A stretch of DNA of 63,114 nucleotides, counting the filler, from Reticulomyxa filosa (lineage: Eukaryota; Protista; Foraminifera), in NCBI GenBank assembly GCA_000512085.1. It is 26 parts of 26 records of this genome, joined end to end, with 100 filler letters (N's around TTAATTAATTAA, not from the genome) between each part and the next. Parts side by side here need not be neighbours in the genome. Positions count along the whole stretch, not along the records: positions 26,987 to 31,164 come from ASPP01020071.1; positions 31,265 to 32,972 come from ASPP01046551.1; positions 33,073 to 34,428 come from ASPP01018694.1; positions 34,529 to 42,676 come from ASPP01029630.1; 22 more parts are not named here. One strand, 5' to 3'. Shown piece after piece: positions 28,543 through 42,600 of this stretch. The notes below the pieces were generated by a model. The model worked only from the letters and a program-made list of their open reading frames with translations. It had not been told where the DNA came from and searched no databases. Each line of letters opens with the position of its first letter. Within the stretch, counting starts at the first letter, position 1. Made by a program: the position numbers and the translations under genes.

Positions 28543-29762
28543 CTTAAAAAGGGACAAACTTTCTTCTTTCAAAAAAAGAAAAAATATCGACGACATACTC
28601 AACAAAACACTGTTTTAGCACTCATTAACAGTAAAATTTCTAAAAATATAGAAAACAAAATTAATATTACAACTATTGATGAAAAAAATCACAAAAAAAC
28701 CCAAATGAAGATACTGCAAAAATAGAATGAAATACTTGTTGTTCAAGGAGGATTGACATCTATATTGTAGTGTAACGCTCTACTAATTACAGTAGAAGCT
28801 TCATATGAACGAGGGAACCTTTTTTCCTCAACAACCTTCGCTGTCTTTCTTCTTTCACTTTTCTGTTTTCTTATTTCTTGTCATTGCGTTGTTATCTTGA
28901 ATTATTAACTACTTTTGTTTGCTTTTTGAAAACACCTTTCAGTAAATACTTTCTTATTACACTTGGTGCTACCTCAATCCTCCTACAATATGTTATATTT
29001 TTTTTGCAAGTTGTTGTAATTACAAATTAAAAACGAATTAATTGAAAGAAAAGTTTGTGTAAAGAACTATAGAAACTGTTTGAACAAATGGGAAATTTTC
29101 AGGAAGGATTATGAAATGCAAATATTTAAAAAATGGTAACGAACACTTTGGCGAGTTAATTAAAAAAACAGATTATATACTTGAAATAACTGCACTACGG
29201 CATGTTACAACTATGAATATAATTTGCTTTTGTCAGCAAGAACTTGATCACTCGGGTTGACTGTTACCCTTTGTAGAGAATTTTGGTCAAGCACTAAGTG
29301 TAATACGAATGGCACTCTTTCGGTCAAATTTCAACAAAAAATGAAAGTAAATTAAAACAAGAACTAATAAATAAACACAAGAAAGTTAAAAAGGCGAAAA
29401 AGAAAAGGTTTAGGAAAAAAGGATTTTCACGTTTCAGTCGGAACTGCTCTTTACAGTAGTATCCTGTACTTTTGTTAATGTATTTCACAAAGTTACACAA
29501 GTATTGTATAGCATGAAAATAATACAGAGCGTATTACTTTTATTTAATTAGCTTATTTCTTTCCGCAAGAGTTATCCAATTACTATTGATTCATTTATTT
29601 GTGGTACTTGTGCAAAATATTACTGAGTCGCGTTTTAGCTTGATCAGAAAGCAACATTGTCAAAACTATTGATATTTTTAGTTGGAAAGCATGAATTGTA
29701 AGTTTAAATGGAGCAACTAGTTGAGCGTGAGTAAAGAAACAAAAAACAAAAATAATTCACAA

Positions 29763-31024
29763 ATGAATTTTATCCACGTCCCAAAGACAAATTCTGGACG
29801 AGATCTGATTCCTTCAAAGGAAAATATTGAGAAGGATGTGACCGAAGATGAGGATGAGGATGAGGATGACGATGACGATGAGGACAGCTTTGTGCCTACA
29901 CCAGGAGCGTCTGTTACAAAAGAGCCAATCATAGTAGATTGGGGTTCCTATCAAATAAAGTTGGGGACAAGGAAAGACAAGACACCACTATTGAGTGTGG
30001 AATCGGCAATGACGTATGCGAAAGGTAGTAAGGGAGAAAATGAGTCATCGAATATATCGGTTGGAGCACCGGCACTGAGAATGTATCGAGAAAACCCAAA
30101 CGAAACAAAACTGCAAACCCCATTGATCAACAAAGGTTCCAAATTTGATTGGGAATGTGTGGACGCATTGACGGATGCACTGTTATGGGAAGGATTAGAA
30201 TTGGAATCGTCTGAGCATCCAGTGTTTATCACACATCGTCACATGTGTTCAGAGATATCACCAGCGAGTTCCAGAGAATTGAACCATGGTAAATGGGATT
30301 GGCCATGTTTTGAACTGTCAAAAAAATTCAGAGAGGGGAGAGGATTGTGTGTGTGTGTGTGTGTAGACCCCTTTATTATCATGCATATGCATATTTACAT
30401 ACACATATACATATATACATATATGTATATATGTAAATATGAATATTACACGAACGAACGAATGAATGAATGAAAATAGAAGCCGCAATGAAATTTGTAG
30501 AAATGTATTTTGAAACTTATCACAATCCCAAAGTGTACATAACCACGAGTAATTTATTAAGTTTGTATGGCAGTGGATTGACGAACGGATTGGTGGTGGA
30601 AAGCGGTCACCACGGCTGCACGATAACGCCGATCCAAGAAAACGGAGTGATAACCTATGAGCACATATTTGGCAATCACGATTACTACGGCGGTCATGAC
30701 GTGACCAAGTTTTTTTTCAAGTATTTGAAAAACGATCACATCGAGCAGCAGCAGCTGATAGCGGAGCGTAGCAACAGTGGCAATCCAAAAGAAAGTGGTA
30801 ACACCAATATGAATTCAAACGCGAATGTAAACGCCAAAAAGAATAGCATGAAATCGAATAGTGTCAACAGCACGTTGGAAACAGGGACCATAAGTCCATA
30901 TTCCATTTTGCAATCTCATAACATGTACGACAGGACGGCAGTCGAGTGCTTGAAGCACAAGGCTTCCTTTGTTGTACACGACTATACACAAGTGGAACAA
31001 TACAAGACCGACATACAAAATCAG
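29763..31024 (+). CDS. Divergent actin-related protein (partial)
   Basis: PIIVDWGSYQIKLG, VGAPAL, P..KG..DWE, EHPVFIT, EMYFETYHNP, LSLYGSGLTNGLVVESGHHGCTITPI, YGGHDVT. Acidic N-terminal extension. Confidence 0.85.
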
Positions 31025-31133
31025 GTATGTTACTTTGTGTTTATTTGAATGGCATATACATATATGCATATATGTGTATATTTATTATATGTTTATATTT
31101 ATATTTATATTTATTTATACTTTTATATATATG

Positions 31134-31164
<31 letters not shown>

Positions 31165-32089
31165 NNNNNNNNNNNNNNNNNNNNNNNNNNNNNNNNNNNN
31201 NNNNNNNNTTAATTAATTAANNNNNNNNNNNNNNNNNNNNNNNNNNNNNNNNNNNNNNNNNNNNTTGAAAGAGTAAAATATAGATCAAATGAATTAATAA
31301 TTATACTTAGCTCAAATACAATATTATATAGTAAAAAAATTCTAGTATTCAATAGACATAGTTGTGTTTAAAACAATTCAAAATGATTCATTCAGTAAAA
31401 AGAACTTGCGATAATAATAACAATTGTATCGTATATTATAAAAAATATTGATATTTCAAATGTTTGAATAAAGATATTAAAATTATCAATGAATTATTTG
31501 CGACCGAATTTGAATATAAATTTATATATTTTGATTAAATAATGAAAATATATTACATTCAAAATATTCTTCAAAGCTTACTATATATAATATGTACGAA
31601 TACGATATATTAATTGTGGTTATTTGTGTGCATAGAAAATGATTATAATGTTAGTGACAGTGATATACGTTATGTATAATATTGATCCTTTATATATGTT
31701 CCAAAGATATTTGTAATTCATATCTTCCAGCGTTCGAATTACATACACAATTAGTGGATTTATATTTCAATAACGTTGACAGTTTGATCAACTACAAAAG
31801 GAAATGAAGCATTGTGAGTAAATGTATTAAAAATGTCATCATAAAAAAATATATGAGGTATTGTTTATTTAAACGAATGCCAGAAGATATCATGGTAAAA
31901 ATTAGTACAGTTTTTGTTATTATGTTGAAAGTCAACAAAAAATTAATAAGTTTCTCATTTAAAACTTTGCTTGATTTATTTGTCCAAATGTTTTTTTGTT
32001 TGATTGACGTGCAAACCTTTGAAATATCATTTGAAAATTCGCTAACATGAAGATAGAAAATCATAATCACGTAAACTCATAATCTAGTC

Positions 32090-32940
32090 AGTCATGTTAT
32101 AGAAAAAAAGAATAGAAATAATTTCAACAACATCATAATAGTCTATGTTTAGATTGTGCTAAGCGCTTTGGATACAACTCAAAATAATCTAAGTTATTTG
32201 GATTGCAAAAAAAGGCAATTTACTTTAGGAATATAATATAATTTCTTTCTCTTTTATTTTTATTTAGTTTAATCAATAATAAAACAAAAAAAGTAAAATT
32301 TTTGTCAAATTATGAAAATCACTGTAAATATATTTTTAATTTTGGAAAAAAGAATTTATCAACAACTGATAGTAGTCAATAACACTTTCAATGTTTGACA
32401 GCAAATCATAATGCATGCAGTTAATTTTAACAATAAAAACAGATTGAATTTATTATTTTGACAATTTTATTTATTAAATCCCTTTTCGATGAAATAAATA
32501 ATTATGTCTTAAGCTTTTTTAACTTTTCTCCTTGAACAAAATTAATGGTCTGTGCCAAAAGGAAGAGCTAAAATATGTCACAATAGTATTTATAAGTGAT
32601 AAATAGAAATAGAAATGCTGTATTGCCACTGTTGTTGGTATTGCTTTATTAATTTGTCTTTGTAAATGCATGATTTATATAATATAGCCAATAGTTTTAC
32701 TTTTGGTATCATTAATAATGTATTTGTTTATTTAGTTGTGATAAATAATATTTAACTCAAAAAAAAACTTGTCAATATATCCATGTTAGATTTGTTTAAA
32801 AAATAATGCTATATTTGCAAACAAATTGCAATAATGCAGTAGAATTGCATTGTAACGGACATGAAAATACAGAACAAATGTATTTGTTTGTAGAATGGTT
32901 CAGGTAAGGGTTTGATTTGTATTTAGGGATAGTGAACATA
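32090..32940 (+). mobile_element. Possible highly decayed non-LTR reverse-transcriptase remnant
   Basis: Ordered weak motifs: LDCAK/ALDT (~32150, frameshifted, LD..KAFD-like), VPKG (~32552, GVPQG-like), YLGI (~32920). No YADD found. Confidence 0.25.
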
Positions 32941-33162
32941 TGGTTTGCTGATTTGACTATGAATGAATTAAANNNNNNNNNNNNNNNNNNNNNNNNNNNN
33001 NNNNNNNNNNNNNNNNTTAATTAATTAANNNNNNNNNNNNNNNNNNNNNNNNNNNNNNNNNNNNNNNNNNNNAAAAAAAAAAAAAAAAAGGGGTAATATC
33101 ATGTGAGGGAAGTTTTGAACTTTTTTTAAAAATAAAATAAAATTTTTTCTTTTTTTTTTACC

Positions 33163-33464
33163 CTTTTTAATGCCACCACTGTTTCGTCACGTCCTTTGAT
33201 TGTAAATTCTTTGCGGACATTGTACAGAGTAATCACTGGCGGACCCAATTCTTTACCTTGAAGCGCAAACAAATTGGACAGCCGCTCTTCACCGGTTTCT
33301 TTGTCGGTTGTTTTGTTGTCTGCTTCTTCTACTGCTGGCTCATTCAACAGGGCCGGATTTTTCCGATTCGTTTCCGATTCATGTTGAAAATCTAATAGCT
33401 CCTCTGAATTTGCGGGTGCATTGTTTGACTTTGAAAAAAAGGAAGGTAAAGAAAAATTGAACAT
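33163..33464 (-). CDS. ABC transporter ATP-binding protein, exon 1 (partial)
   Basis: PVITLYNVRKEF..GRDETVVALK resembles the start of LolD/MacB-type NBDs. Walker A lies beyond the contig end. Confidence 0.55.
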
Positions 33465-33811
33465 TTGTTTCCACTTCAAAAAAAAAAAGGAACGGCAAAC
33501 TAAAAAGAAGGAAAGTTTTACGTAAAATGCGTTTTATTTAATGTAAAATATGAGCCAGCCAGAAATATAGATCTGCTACTCTTTCTTTCTTGGGAACTCA
33601 AGCAAATAATACACTATCGAGAAAAAAAAAGTACAAAATGGTCCTAAAGAAGGCCTGTTTTTGGTGTGTCAGGGTTTGCGTAGTTACCAAAAGCAAAACA
33701 CAAAACAAAAAGGAACAAAGTGACTTCAACAACGGTCGGGAGCTGTATTTTCTTGGCCTTGTCAAATAAAATTTTGTCATGTTATCCTTATCTTTCGAAA
33801 TTCGTGATTCG

Positions 33812-34344
33812 ATGGATCCAAGTCAAGGAGCGCGAGAATTTTTTCGCTCCAGACCGTCCAAAGGTGATATGTTAAAATTATTTAAAAAAAGAGGTGAGAA
33901 AAATTGTCTGAAATTTCAGAGTAAAAGAAAAAAAACAAACAAACAAACGGTACCTCGTGAGGTAGAAGACATTTGGAAATTGTTGGAGTTTCAACTGTGG
34001 GCGCACCAAGATAAAGAGCAACATGAAAGATTGTTTGAATGGTTGAAAGAATTGGCAAGTGGAGGACAAGGATTTGATGACACATTTTTGAAAAACCAAA
34101 AAATGGGCGTGTGTGGGAAAGAAATTAAAGGGAAAGAGCCAGTGTACAAGTGCAACACTTGTGCAGCTGATTCGACATGTATTCAGTGCGTGGAGTGTTT
34201 TGAGAATTCGGATCACACGGGACATGACGTTAAGCGAATGTTTGCAAGTGGCGGATGTTGTGATTGTGGAGACCCTGAATCGTGGGCTCCGAAGGGATTT
34301 TGTAAGTTCCATCAAGGACCCGACGCAGCTGCAAAAAACATTGG
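33812..34344 (+). CDS. UBR1: UBR-box (N-recognin) E3 ligase, N-terminal part
   Basis: CGKEIKGKEPVYKCNTCAADSTCIQCVECFENSDHTGHD..GGCCDCGDPESW..GFCKFH is a canonical UBR zinc finger. Confidence 0.88.
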
Positions 34345-34391
34345 TTAATGAAAGAATACATATTTTTTGTTATCTTTTGTAACAACTTGTT

Positions 34392-34428
<37 letters not shown>

Positions 34429-34528
34429 NNNNNNNNNNNNNNNNNNNNNNNNNNNNNNNNNNNNNNNNNNNNTTAATTAATTAANNNNNNNNNNNNNNNN
34501 NNNNNNNNNNNNNNNNNNNNNNNNNNNN

Positions 34529-37500
34529 GCATTTGAAAGCAAAAGCCAACTCAAAATTGTGTCCACAGCTACACAAGTGAAAGAAAAGAGATCTAAAAAG
34601 CAGAGCCAGTTTGATAAGAGATCAGTTAAAAGAGAAAATATGCAAGAGTTTCACGATGATGATGATGATGATGATAATGATGATGATGATGATAAAAGGA
34701 AGATGATAAAAATTCGATGAAAAACTCAAAAAGAAAAGGTATTTGATATCGTGTCAATGTTGACATTGGTGAAGAAAGCAGAGGAAGAAGCAAACCAAAT
34801 TAAGGACAAAAATGTGATATTACTTCTTGGAGGCACAGGCACTGGGAAATCTACCCTTGTCCATTTCTTGGCAGGATCTACGATGGAGCAACAAGAGGTG
34901 GACGGACGACCTCACATTTGTCCGACGAAAGTGAAAAACAAGGCTCTCGCCAATGTTAGGAGCAGTTCGAGCACAAAATCGGAGACCAGATATATCACCG
35001 CTGTTCCAATTGATTTGAAAGAAATGGGCGTATATGGAGACCAAGACACAGTTGTGCTTTGTGACACTCCTGGCTTTGAAGATACAAGTGGCCCTGAAGT
35101 CGATGTTGCCAATGGCATTGGTATCATTAAGGCGCTCCAAAATTGTAAGAGTGTCAAACCTGTGGTTCTCATCACCTATACTGCTTTGGGATACCGAATG
35201 AATTATATCCGAGAATTGGCTCGAACCTTGGTTGGAATTATCCCATCCATCAAAGATCATCTTAACACTTTTTCGTATGTACTCACCAAATTCCCTGATA
35301 AGGAAAAACAATTTTTCCATGCTATGGTGAAAGATACCCTCTGCAACATGGCAAAAGACGAGTCTAATGAGGGATACAAAGCGCTCTTGGCTGACATTGC
35401 AAAAAAAACGCAGAAACAGGTGATTGCGCCCAATTTATTGGAAGACTCTCCCAGCGAATTGTTGGAAAAATTGTCAGATGTCCAATACTTCATTCAAGAA
35501 CCAAGTGAAGTGTTCCAACCTTTCATCACTGAAAAATCCAGTACGGCAGTTCGGTTGCAAGTTGAAAAACACAAATCCAACATTTTACTTGCATTCAAAC
35601 ATCACAAGTATCAAAGTGCCAAAGATAAATTGGATGACCTTACTGGCTTAAATGCTGTTTTGAAAAATGATTACATTGAAAGTGATTACAATGATTGCGT
35701 TAAAAAATTGACCCAAGAATGGAATGAAAAAATTGAACTTGCCAAAAATAATTTGAACAAGGGTATGGCGGCCCCACATGCAATCAGCAAAGAGGATGTT
35801 TTGGCTTATAAAAAGACAATTGACGAACTCAAATCTGCTGATTCATTGAGAAGTCATTTGAAAGATGCGATTAGTGCTGATGCTTTGGTGCAAAACTTGA
35901 ATGATCAAACCCACCATTTGATTAGTGAAATTGAAAAGAATATGGAAAATGAAATTGCATTAAAAGTACATTTGGGCAAATTGGCACAAGTGAGAAACAT
36001 CTTTCCCAATTTTGCGCCTGTTTATAAACAAGCTTGTCAAACATTGGCAAATCGTTTGACCAATTCTGTAGATACTTTAAAAGAGTGTATCGAAAAGAAT
36101 AAATTTGAAGAAGTGAGAAAAGCTTTGGAGGCAATTATAAAAGTATTACCTCTTCAGCCCAATTTGGCTACCATGTTTGATGTCAAAAAAGAAATCAAAC
36201 AGTTAGAAACATTGTTGATGGCCCATTTAAATAATGTGACAGACAAAGGGCTTGTTGCAGTCAAAAGGGCCGTGAAGGATGAATCTGCCTCCAAAAAGGA
36301 AGAAAAAGATGATAATCCTTCTATTCGAATTGATAAACTTGCCAAACCTGATATCGAATTGTTGGAAATAAGCGCAACAATATTAGAAGCAGCAACGAAT
36401 GTATTTGAACCACCTTGTGAACATTTCAATCTTAGCAAACCAACAAAGGAATTATTTTATTCATTTTTAAATGAAATAATTGTTTATTTTGATAAAATCA
36501 GTCAAAAAATAACATCTCTTTTCGAAAAACAAAGATACCTTGCATTTGATGAAATCAAAGGATTTGTGAACGTGATGGATGATCTTCGAAAGTTAAAGGC
36601 AGTCGAACAAAGAACACAAAGATCTTATTTCCAAATTATTGAAAGAATATTTGGATTTGTACGTGATGTTCAAAAAGATGTGGACGTAATGCTTCCTTTG
36701 TTAATTAAACAAGACCCATCATTTGATTACAATCGACTTTTTGAATGTGTAGGTTGTGTGAGTCGATCAAAATGGATTGTCGAAAAGCAAGGAGGCGAAA
36801 GTACTGAATTAATGGACACCATCAAAGAGAAATTGATTGCGCATTTATGTGAATTACAACAATCATGCCAGCATTTGGAATTGGATTTGGATCATCCAGA
36901 TCATTTGGAACAAGGTCGAAGAGTGGTCAGTCATCTTGACAAATTGCGTAGTTTGGAGGCAATCATTCCGGAAATTTCCAATTATCGTAAAGATATTGAT
37001 GTTCAAATTGAACGTGCCATCAGAGCAACATTGTCAACAATCGAAAATGAATTTTCATTAGAAAAAAAAGGAGTGAATTATCAAAGAGAAGTCAAGGAAC
37101 AATTGGTGAAATTGAAAGTATATGCAGAAAGTCTTACTCATGCCAATGCATTTTTGCAACAAAAAGAATTAACGAGTGCACAAGATTTGGATTTTAGAAT
37201 TGGTTCCATTGAAGATGAATTAAAAACGAGCGAAAAAGCCCTTGAAGAAAAAAGAAAAGATTTTGATAATGACATTCAGAAAGTGCAGGAAAAAATAACG
37301 TTATTGGAGGATATCGGTTTTGAGTACCAAAGATTGGCCAAAAAAACGAATTGGAGAGATAAAAATATTCCACAAAAAGCTATTGACTTTTTGAAAGAGC
37401 AAGGATACAAAGCGATTGACGAAGTGGAGAGTGAAGAAGAAAAAGAAAAGGAAAAGTTTGAGCAACTTCAAGAAAGAGCAAAACAATTTGACGACACGCA

Positions 37501-39614
37501 AATAAAACAAATTGAAGAATTAAACAACAACTTGAAAAAATATCAACAAATTAAAAAAGAATTTCAGAAGTTACAATCAAAAGAAAAGATGGCATTTGAG
37601 AATGCCTCTGAATTTTTGAAGAGTCAAGATTTTTCAGAAACTGAAATCACAAGATGGATGAATAATGAACCTGAACTCGTTGAAAAGATTAAACAATATG
37701 AACGAGAAATTGAAAAATTTAAAAATGTGGGATATAACTTTGGTGTATTGAATGCCGCAAGAACAGAGAAGGTGTTGAATTATTCGAAAGAATGTAAATC
37801 AACTCCATTTTCTTTCACTGATGATCAAAGTGGAGATAAAAACCAAGGTACTTTGAAACAAGATCTTGGAAAAGCATTGAGTTCAGTGGAACATTATTTG
37901 AGATGTTATTGCGAATTTGTTCATAATCAACTTCGATCTTTGGATTACACTAAAATTCTAACTGTTTCAAAAACAGATGTAAATGATTTTGCAGATAAAG
38001 TTGAAACCATTTTGAATCGATTGAATGAAATATCAAAATTAGAACAGAATCATCCAGTGATATTTGCATTCTTTCCACAGGATATGATGAAACAATTGAT
38101 TGGCAAACTTGAGAAATGTTGGTTGGATTTATCTGATGAAATGATGAAATTGGCAAAACAAAGCAATTTACCAGCATTGAAGAGCAAGATATTTGTGACC
38201 AAAGCCTTGAGTGCATTGGATGAATATACCAAACTCAATTGTAAATTCCGTGACTTGTTTATGAAGTATCAAGAAATTTTATTTAACGATGTGATTGACA
38301 CTTCCAAAGTATTCAAAGCCATTGAAGGCCATCAATACACTGAAGTAGCAGCAGAAATGTCAATACTTAATCAACGTAAAGATGGAGATGGACAAGTGGA
38401 GAAAGTATTTGAAGAAGTGAAAGGCTCTCTTGCACGTTTTTTGAAAACCTTGACTAAAAGTACAATGATGAAGGTTTTGATGCTTGGAGAAAATGAAGTG
38501 GAGTTAGAAAGCGTGATACAATTGGAAGAACAGATGCAATGGATTGACGACGCAAAGAATTTTGTGTTTGAATATGTAGATAAGAAGACGCAACAGGAAA
38601 TTGAAAAGATTGAAAATGAAACAAAATCGGCAATTGAAAAATGGATGTTAAAGGTGTTGGGCACTGTGAAGGCAGCAATCAATTCTTATAACTTTCGAGA
38701 GGCGGAAGAGAAGATCCGACTCGTTCGAAAGTTTACTCGTATTTTGGGCAATCGATTTGATCAAATTTTCTTTGGTGACAACAAGGAAGAAAAGATGCAA
38801 GAAGGTGCTAGCAAGATTGTCAACCGTGTTGATGAGCTTGAAAAACAAGTGGAAAGTGTGTTGAAAGGTGTTGTAAGCAAATACAAAGATATAAAATTGA
38901 GTGGTTGTCAATTCAGCCCATATGCTTCCAATCCACCAAAAGATCTTTATGCTAAGTTGAGCAAGGTGATGGAATCAGCTACCACATCGAATTACAAAGA
39001 GGCATGGACAGAAATTGAAGAAGATATCACCAAAAAAGTTCGAGATCTATTGCTTGATGCCCGTGGAAAAGTAAGCAATTCAAATTCACGAGAGAGTGAA
39101 TCTTGTATTCGTCTTTGTGGGTCAGTGTTGAATTCTTTACCCGAACACATGCAAACAATTCTGAGAGATGAAGTTAGACAATGTCGAGATGATATCAAAT
39201 ACGAGGCAGAAACTTCTTTGAAAGAAGTGGAGCAAGTAATGCAACAAAAGAATGCCCAAGACATCAATGAATTACTTGATCGTTGCAACATTAATCAAGA
39301 AAAGACTATTAAATCTGGTGTGGACAAAATGGCTCGAGAGATTGTATCACGTATAGATAAACAGTGGATAGACGAAGAAACTTCAGAGGCACTTTCTAGT
39401 ATGGAAGAATTGTATCGCTTCAAAAATACATTTAAAAAGAAAATGCCAGACTTGGATCGATATTTTGTCAATGCCCGTGGTAGTTTGAGTAATAGTTTTG
39501 ATAAATATCAAAAACATATTATTACTACTTTTGAATCAGTGGATCGAGGTACAACTGGATTGGAATGGACAGAAAAGGCTTTTGATTTTGTACTTATTTG
39601 TTTGGAAATTAAAA
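34529..39614 (+). CDS. Giant protein, part 1: P-loop GTPase (AIG1/Era-like TRAFAC) plus long helical/coiled-coil region
   Basis: ORF 34751-39631. G1 GGTGTGKST (34829), G2 SET, G3 DTPG (35063), G4-like TKFP (35285). The same frame is open back to the contig start apart from one TGA at 34718. Confidence 0.85.
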
Positions 39615-42600
39615 GTCAATGCTGCTGGTGATGTTAACACGGACGAGTTGTTGCCACCCAATTTCAATGAAAAGATCAAAGAATTGGACAATAAGATCTC
39701 GACTTATTTTACATCCCTCCAACAAAAGTACAAAAAGAGCATCGAAACTATGAGCGCAGAGGAATTGCATGCCGTATTGAATACGGTGAAAGCGGTGGGA
39801 AGCGAAGGTCCATTCTTGCAAAAGGTGAAGACGTTTATGAGAAAAAAATCAGCTTGCGGCATCCCTGAAGACGCTTCTAGAATTATCACTTACTCGGAAA
39901 TAACGCGCGATCTGACCGCCCATTTGGAAAAAATGGCCGATGAGACAATCACTTATGGCATAGTAAATGATAAAACAAAAACAAATGGCGCAGCAAGAGA
40001 ACGCTTTTTTGGACAACTCAAAGAGAGACTTGACTTTTTAAAACAGGTGGCTCAACTGAAAAATCATATTCCCAATACTCAAAAATTGGAAAGCTGTGAA
40101 ATAATATTAGAAAAAGAAGCACAAGAGTTTGTTAAAAAAGTCACGGAAAATAAAAAGTGGAATTCAGCTAGTTGCGATCAAATCAATTTATGTTACAATT
40201 GTTTTGTTGCTATGCAAAAAAATGGAGTCCTTTCGAATGTTGTGAAGCCGCAACTTGAAACGATCGAAAATGTGGTAAAAAATCGAGTTGAACAACTCGA
40301 AAAAGAGGCTATAGGTGATTTGGATACTGAACATCTTACGTCTAAATTAGTATCAATGAAGGAAATGTCTGTATATATCTTTAGCTTCAAGAGTATGGTG
40401 GACAAACGTATCGATGAACTGCTTGGAGCTTATAAAAGACAAAGCAAAGGTGGTATGAGTGTTTCATTGCTCGCGCTGAAATTGGAAAAGGATCCAAGTG
40501 GAATTGGTAAAATGCTTGTTTCTGAACATAATGCGTTCAAGGGATACAACGTAGCATTGTTCAATGTTAAGACTCAATCACATGGAATTGACCACGTTTT
40601 GAAAAGAGTGGAAGCCAAAGGTGACAAAATAGATGCCGCGAAAATAGAGAAAAAATATGAAGAATTTGATTCAATATATCGGAAATTGATAAAAGAATAT
40701 CTGCAAGAAAAGCCCAATCTCACTACGTTGGTAAGCAATACAAAAATGATTACTCGTGGTATCGAACAAAAACCAGATGACGTCAATTGGAATGCAACAA
40801 TTCGAAATTGTATACCTAACCTAATGGCACACATTTTTGCATTGTGGACACTCCAAAATGCGCAATTCTATTTTGATGCAAAAGGTGCTGATAACCAAGA
40901 TTCTTATTTATTACAGCCGCATGCAGCCCAAGTTGTTTCTATATTCCGAATGCTGGGAATTGATGAAAATAAGCTGATCAACAATTTGATCCAGATCAGA
41001 ACTGGAGAAGGCAAGTCTGTGACATTAGCAATTGCTTCTTCCGTGTTGGCATTGTTAGGATTTGATGTGAGTTGTGCATCATACAGTGATTATTTGAGCT
41101 GCAGAGACTTTAAGAGTTTTGAACCATTGTTTGGTGCTTTGGGTATCACTGATCACATTCATTATGGTACTTTCAACAAACTTTGTGAAAGAATCATTAA
41201 TGATGGAGGTGATGTTCGTAAATTAGTGGAAAACATGATCATGCCTAATGATGATAAAAAGACTGTTGAAACTTCACGAGTGATTCGAGCCAAAATATTG
41301 TTAATTGATGAAGTTGATGTATTTTTCAATAAAGAATTTTATGGAGATTGTTATTCACCTGCTGCTACATTACGACATGATGTCATTACTAACCTGATTG
41401 ATTACATCTGGGCTAACAGAAATTCCTACCCCACTTTGGATGGCATTAGAGAATCAGAAGAATATGAAGAATGTTGTAATGTGTTGAAAGAATGGTCTGC
41501 ATTATTGGATGAGGCAATCAAAGATATGTTAAATGATATTCAAAAATTCGAATCTCATGGATATCAAGTGAGTAATGACAAAATTGGGTACAAAGAACAA
41601 GATAGTATTTGCTATAATATTCGTTATGGTTATAAGACATTATTTGCATATTACTATGAGAATGAACAAAATAAAATCAGTGATGAGAGTTTCAAAAATA
41701 ATATATTCATTTCATTTCAAATTGGTAATTTTTCTTATGCAGAGGTTCCTAAAAACTTCTGTTGTATTATGGGTGTGAGTGGTACATTGAAGACATTGAG
41801 TGCACCAGAACAAGAAGTTGTGGAAAAAGATTATCATGTTTCAAAACACACTTATATGCCATCTTTATTTGGTGATAATAAACTTATCTTTGCAGAAAAG
41901 AAAGATATTCTCATTGTGGAAGAATGTGATTACTTTACTACTCTTAAGAAAGAAATTGATGATAGATTGATTGGGACAAATCCTGCAACAAGAAGAGCAG
42001 TATTGGTATTTTTTGAATCCAAGAAACAACTGATGGAATTTTATGAATCCTCCAATTTCCTTGCAAGGAAAGAGAATGCAATTATAATGACTGAAGAAAA
42101 CACTCATGAAGAAAAAGAATATTTGGTTAAACGTGCAACTGGTTCTGGACAAGTGGGATTGTTTACTAGAGCGTTCGGAAGAGGAACAGATTTTGTATGT
42201 CTTGATCCGATTGTTGCTGCAAATGGTGGAGTTCATGTGATTCAAACATTCCTTTCTGAAGAATTATCTGAGGAAGTACAAATTAAAGGACGAACTGCAA
42301 GACAAAATAGCTCTGGTTCATATAGTTTGGTGTTATGTGAGAAATCACTTGAGAGATTTTTGATCACCAAAGCGGAAATTGACAATGCTCGAAAGGCAGG
42401 AAATTTTTATCCATTGCTTGATGCAAAGAGAACTGAATTCTTTAAATCCCAATATGCAGAAAGTAAGAAATATGTGGAATATGCTGCAAATGAACATAAA
42501 TTGGGTGAGGAATTGATTGCAGCCTTAAAAAAAAATAATGTGAATGCAGTGAAAAAAATGTTATGTGATCGAAACAAAGGAACAGAACTGGAAGATCTTT

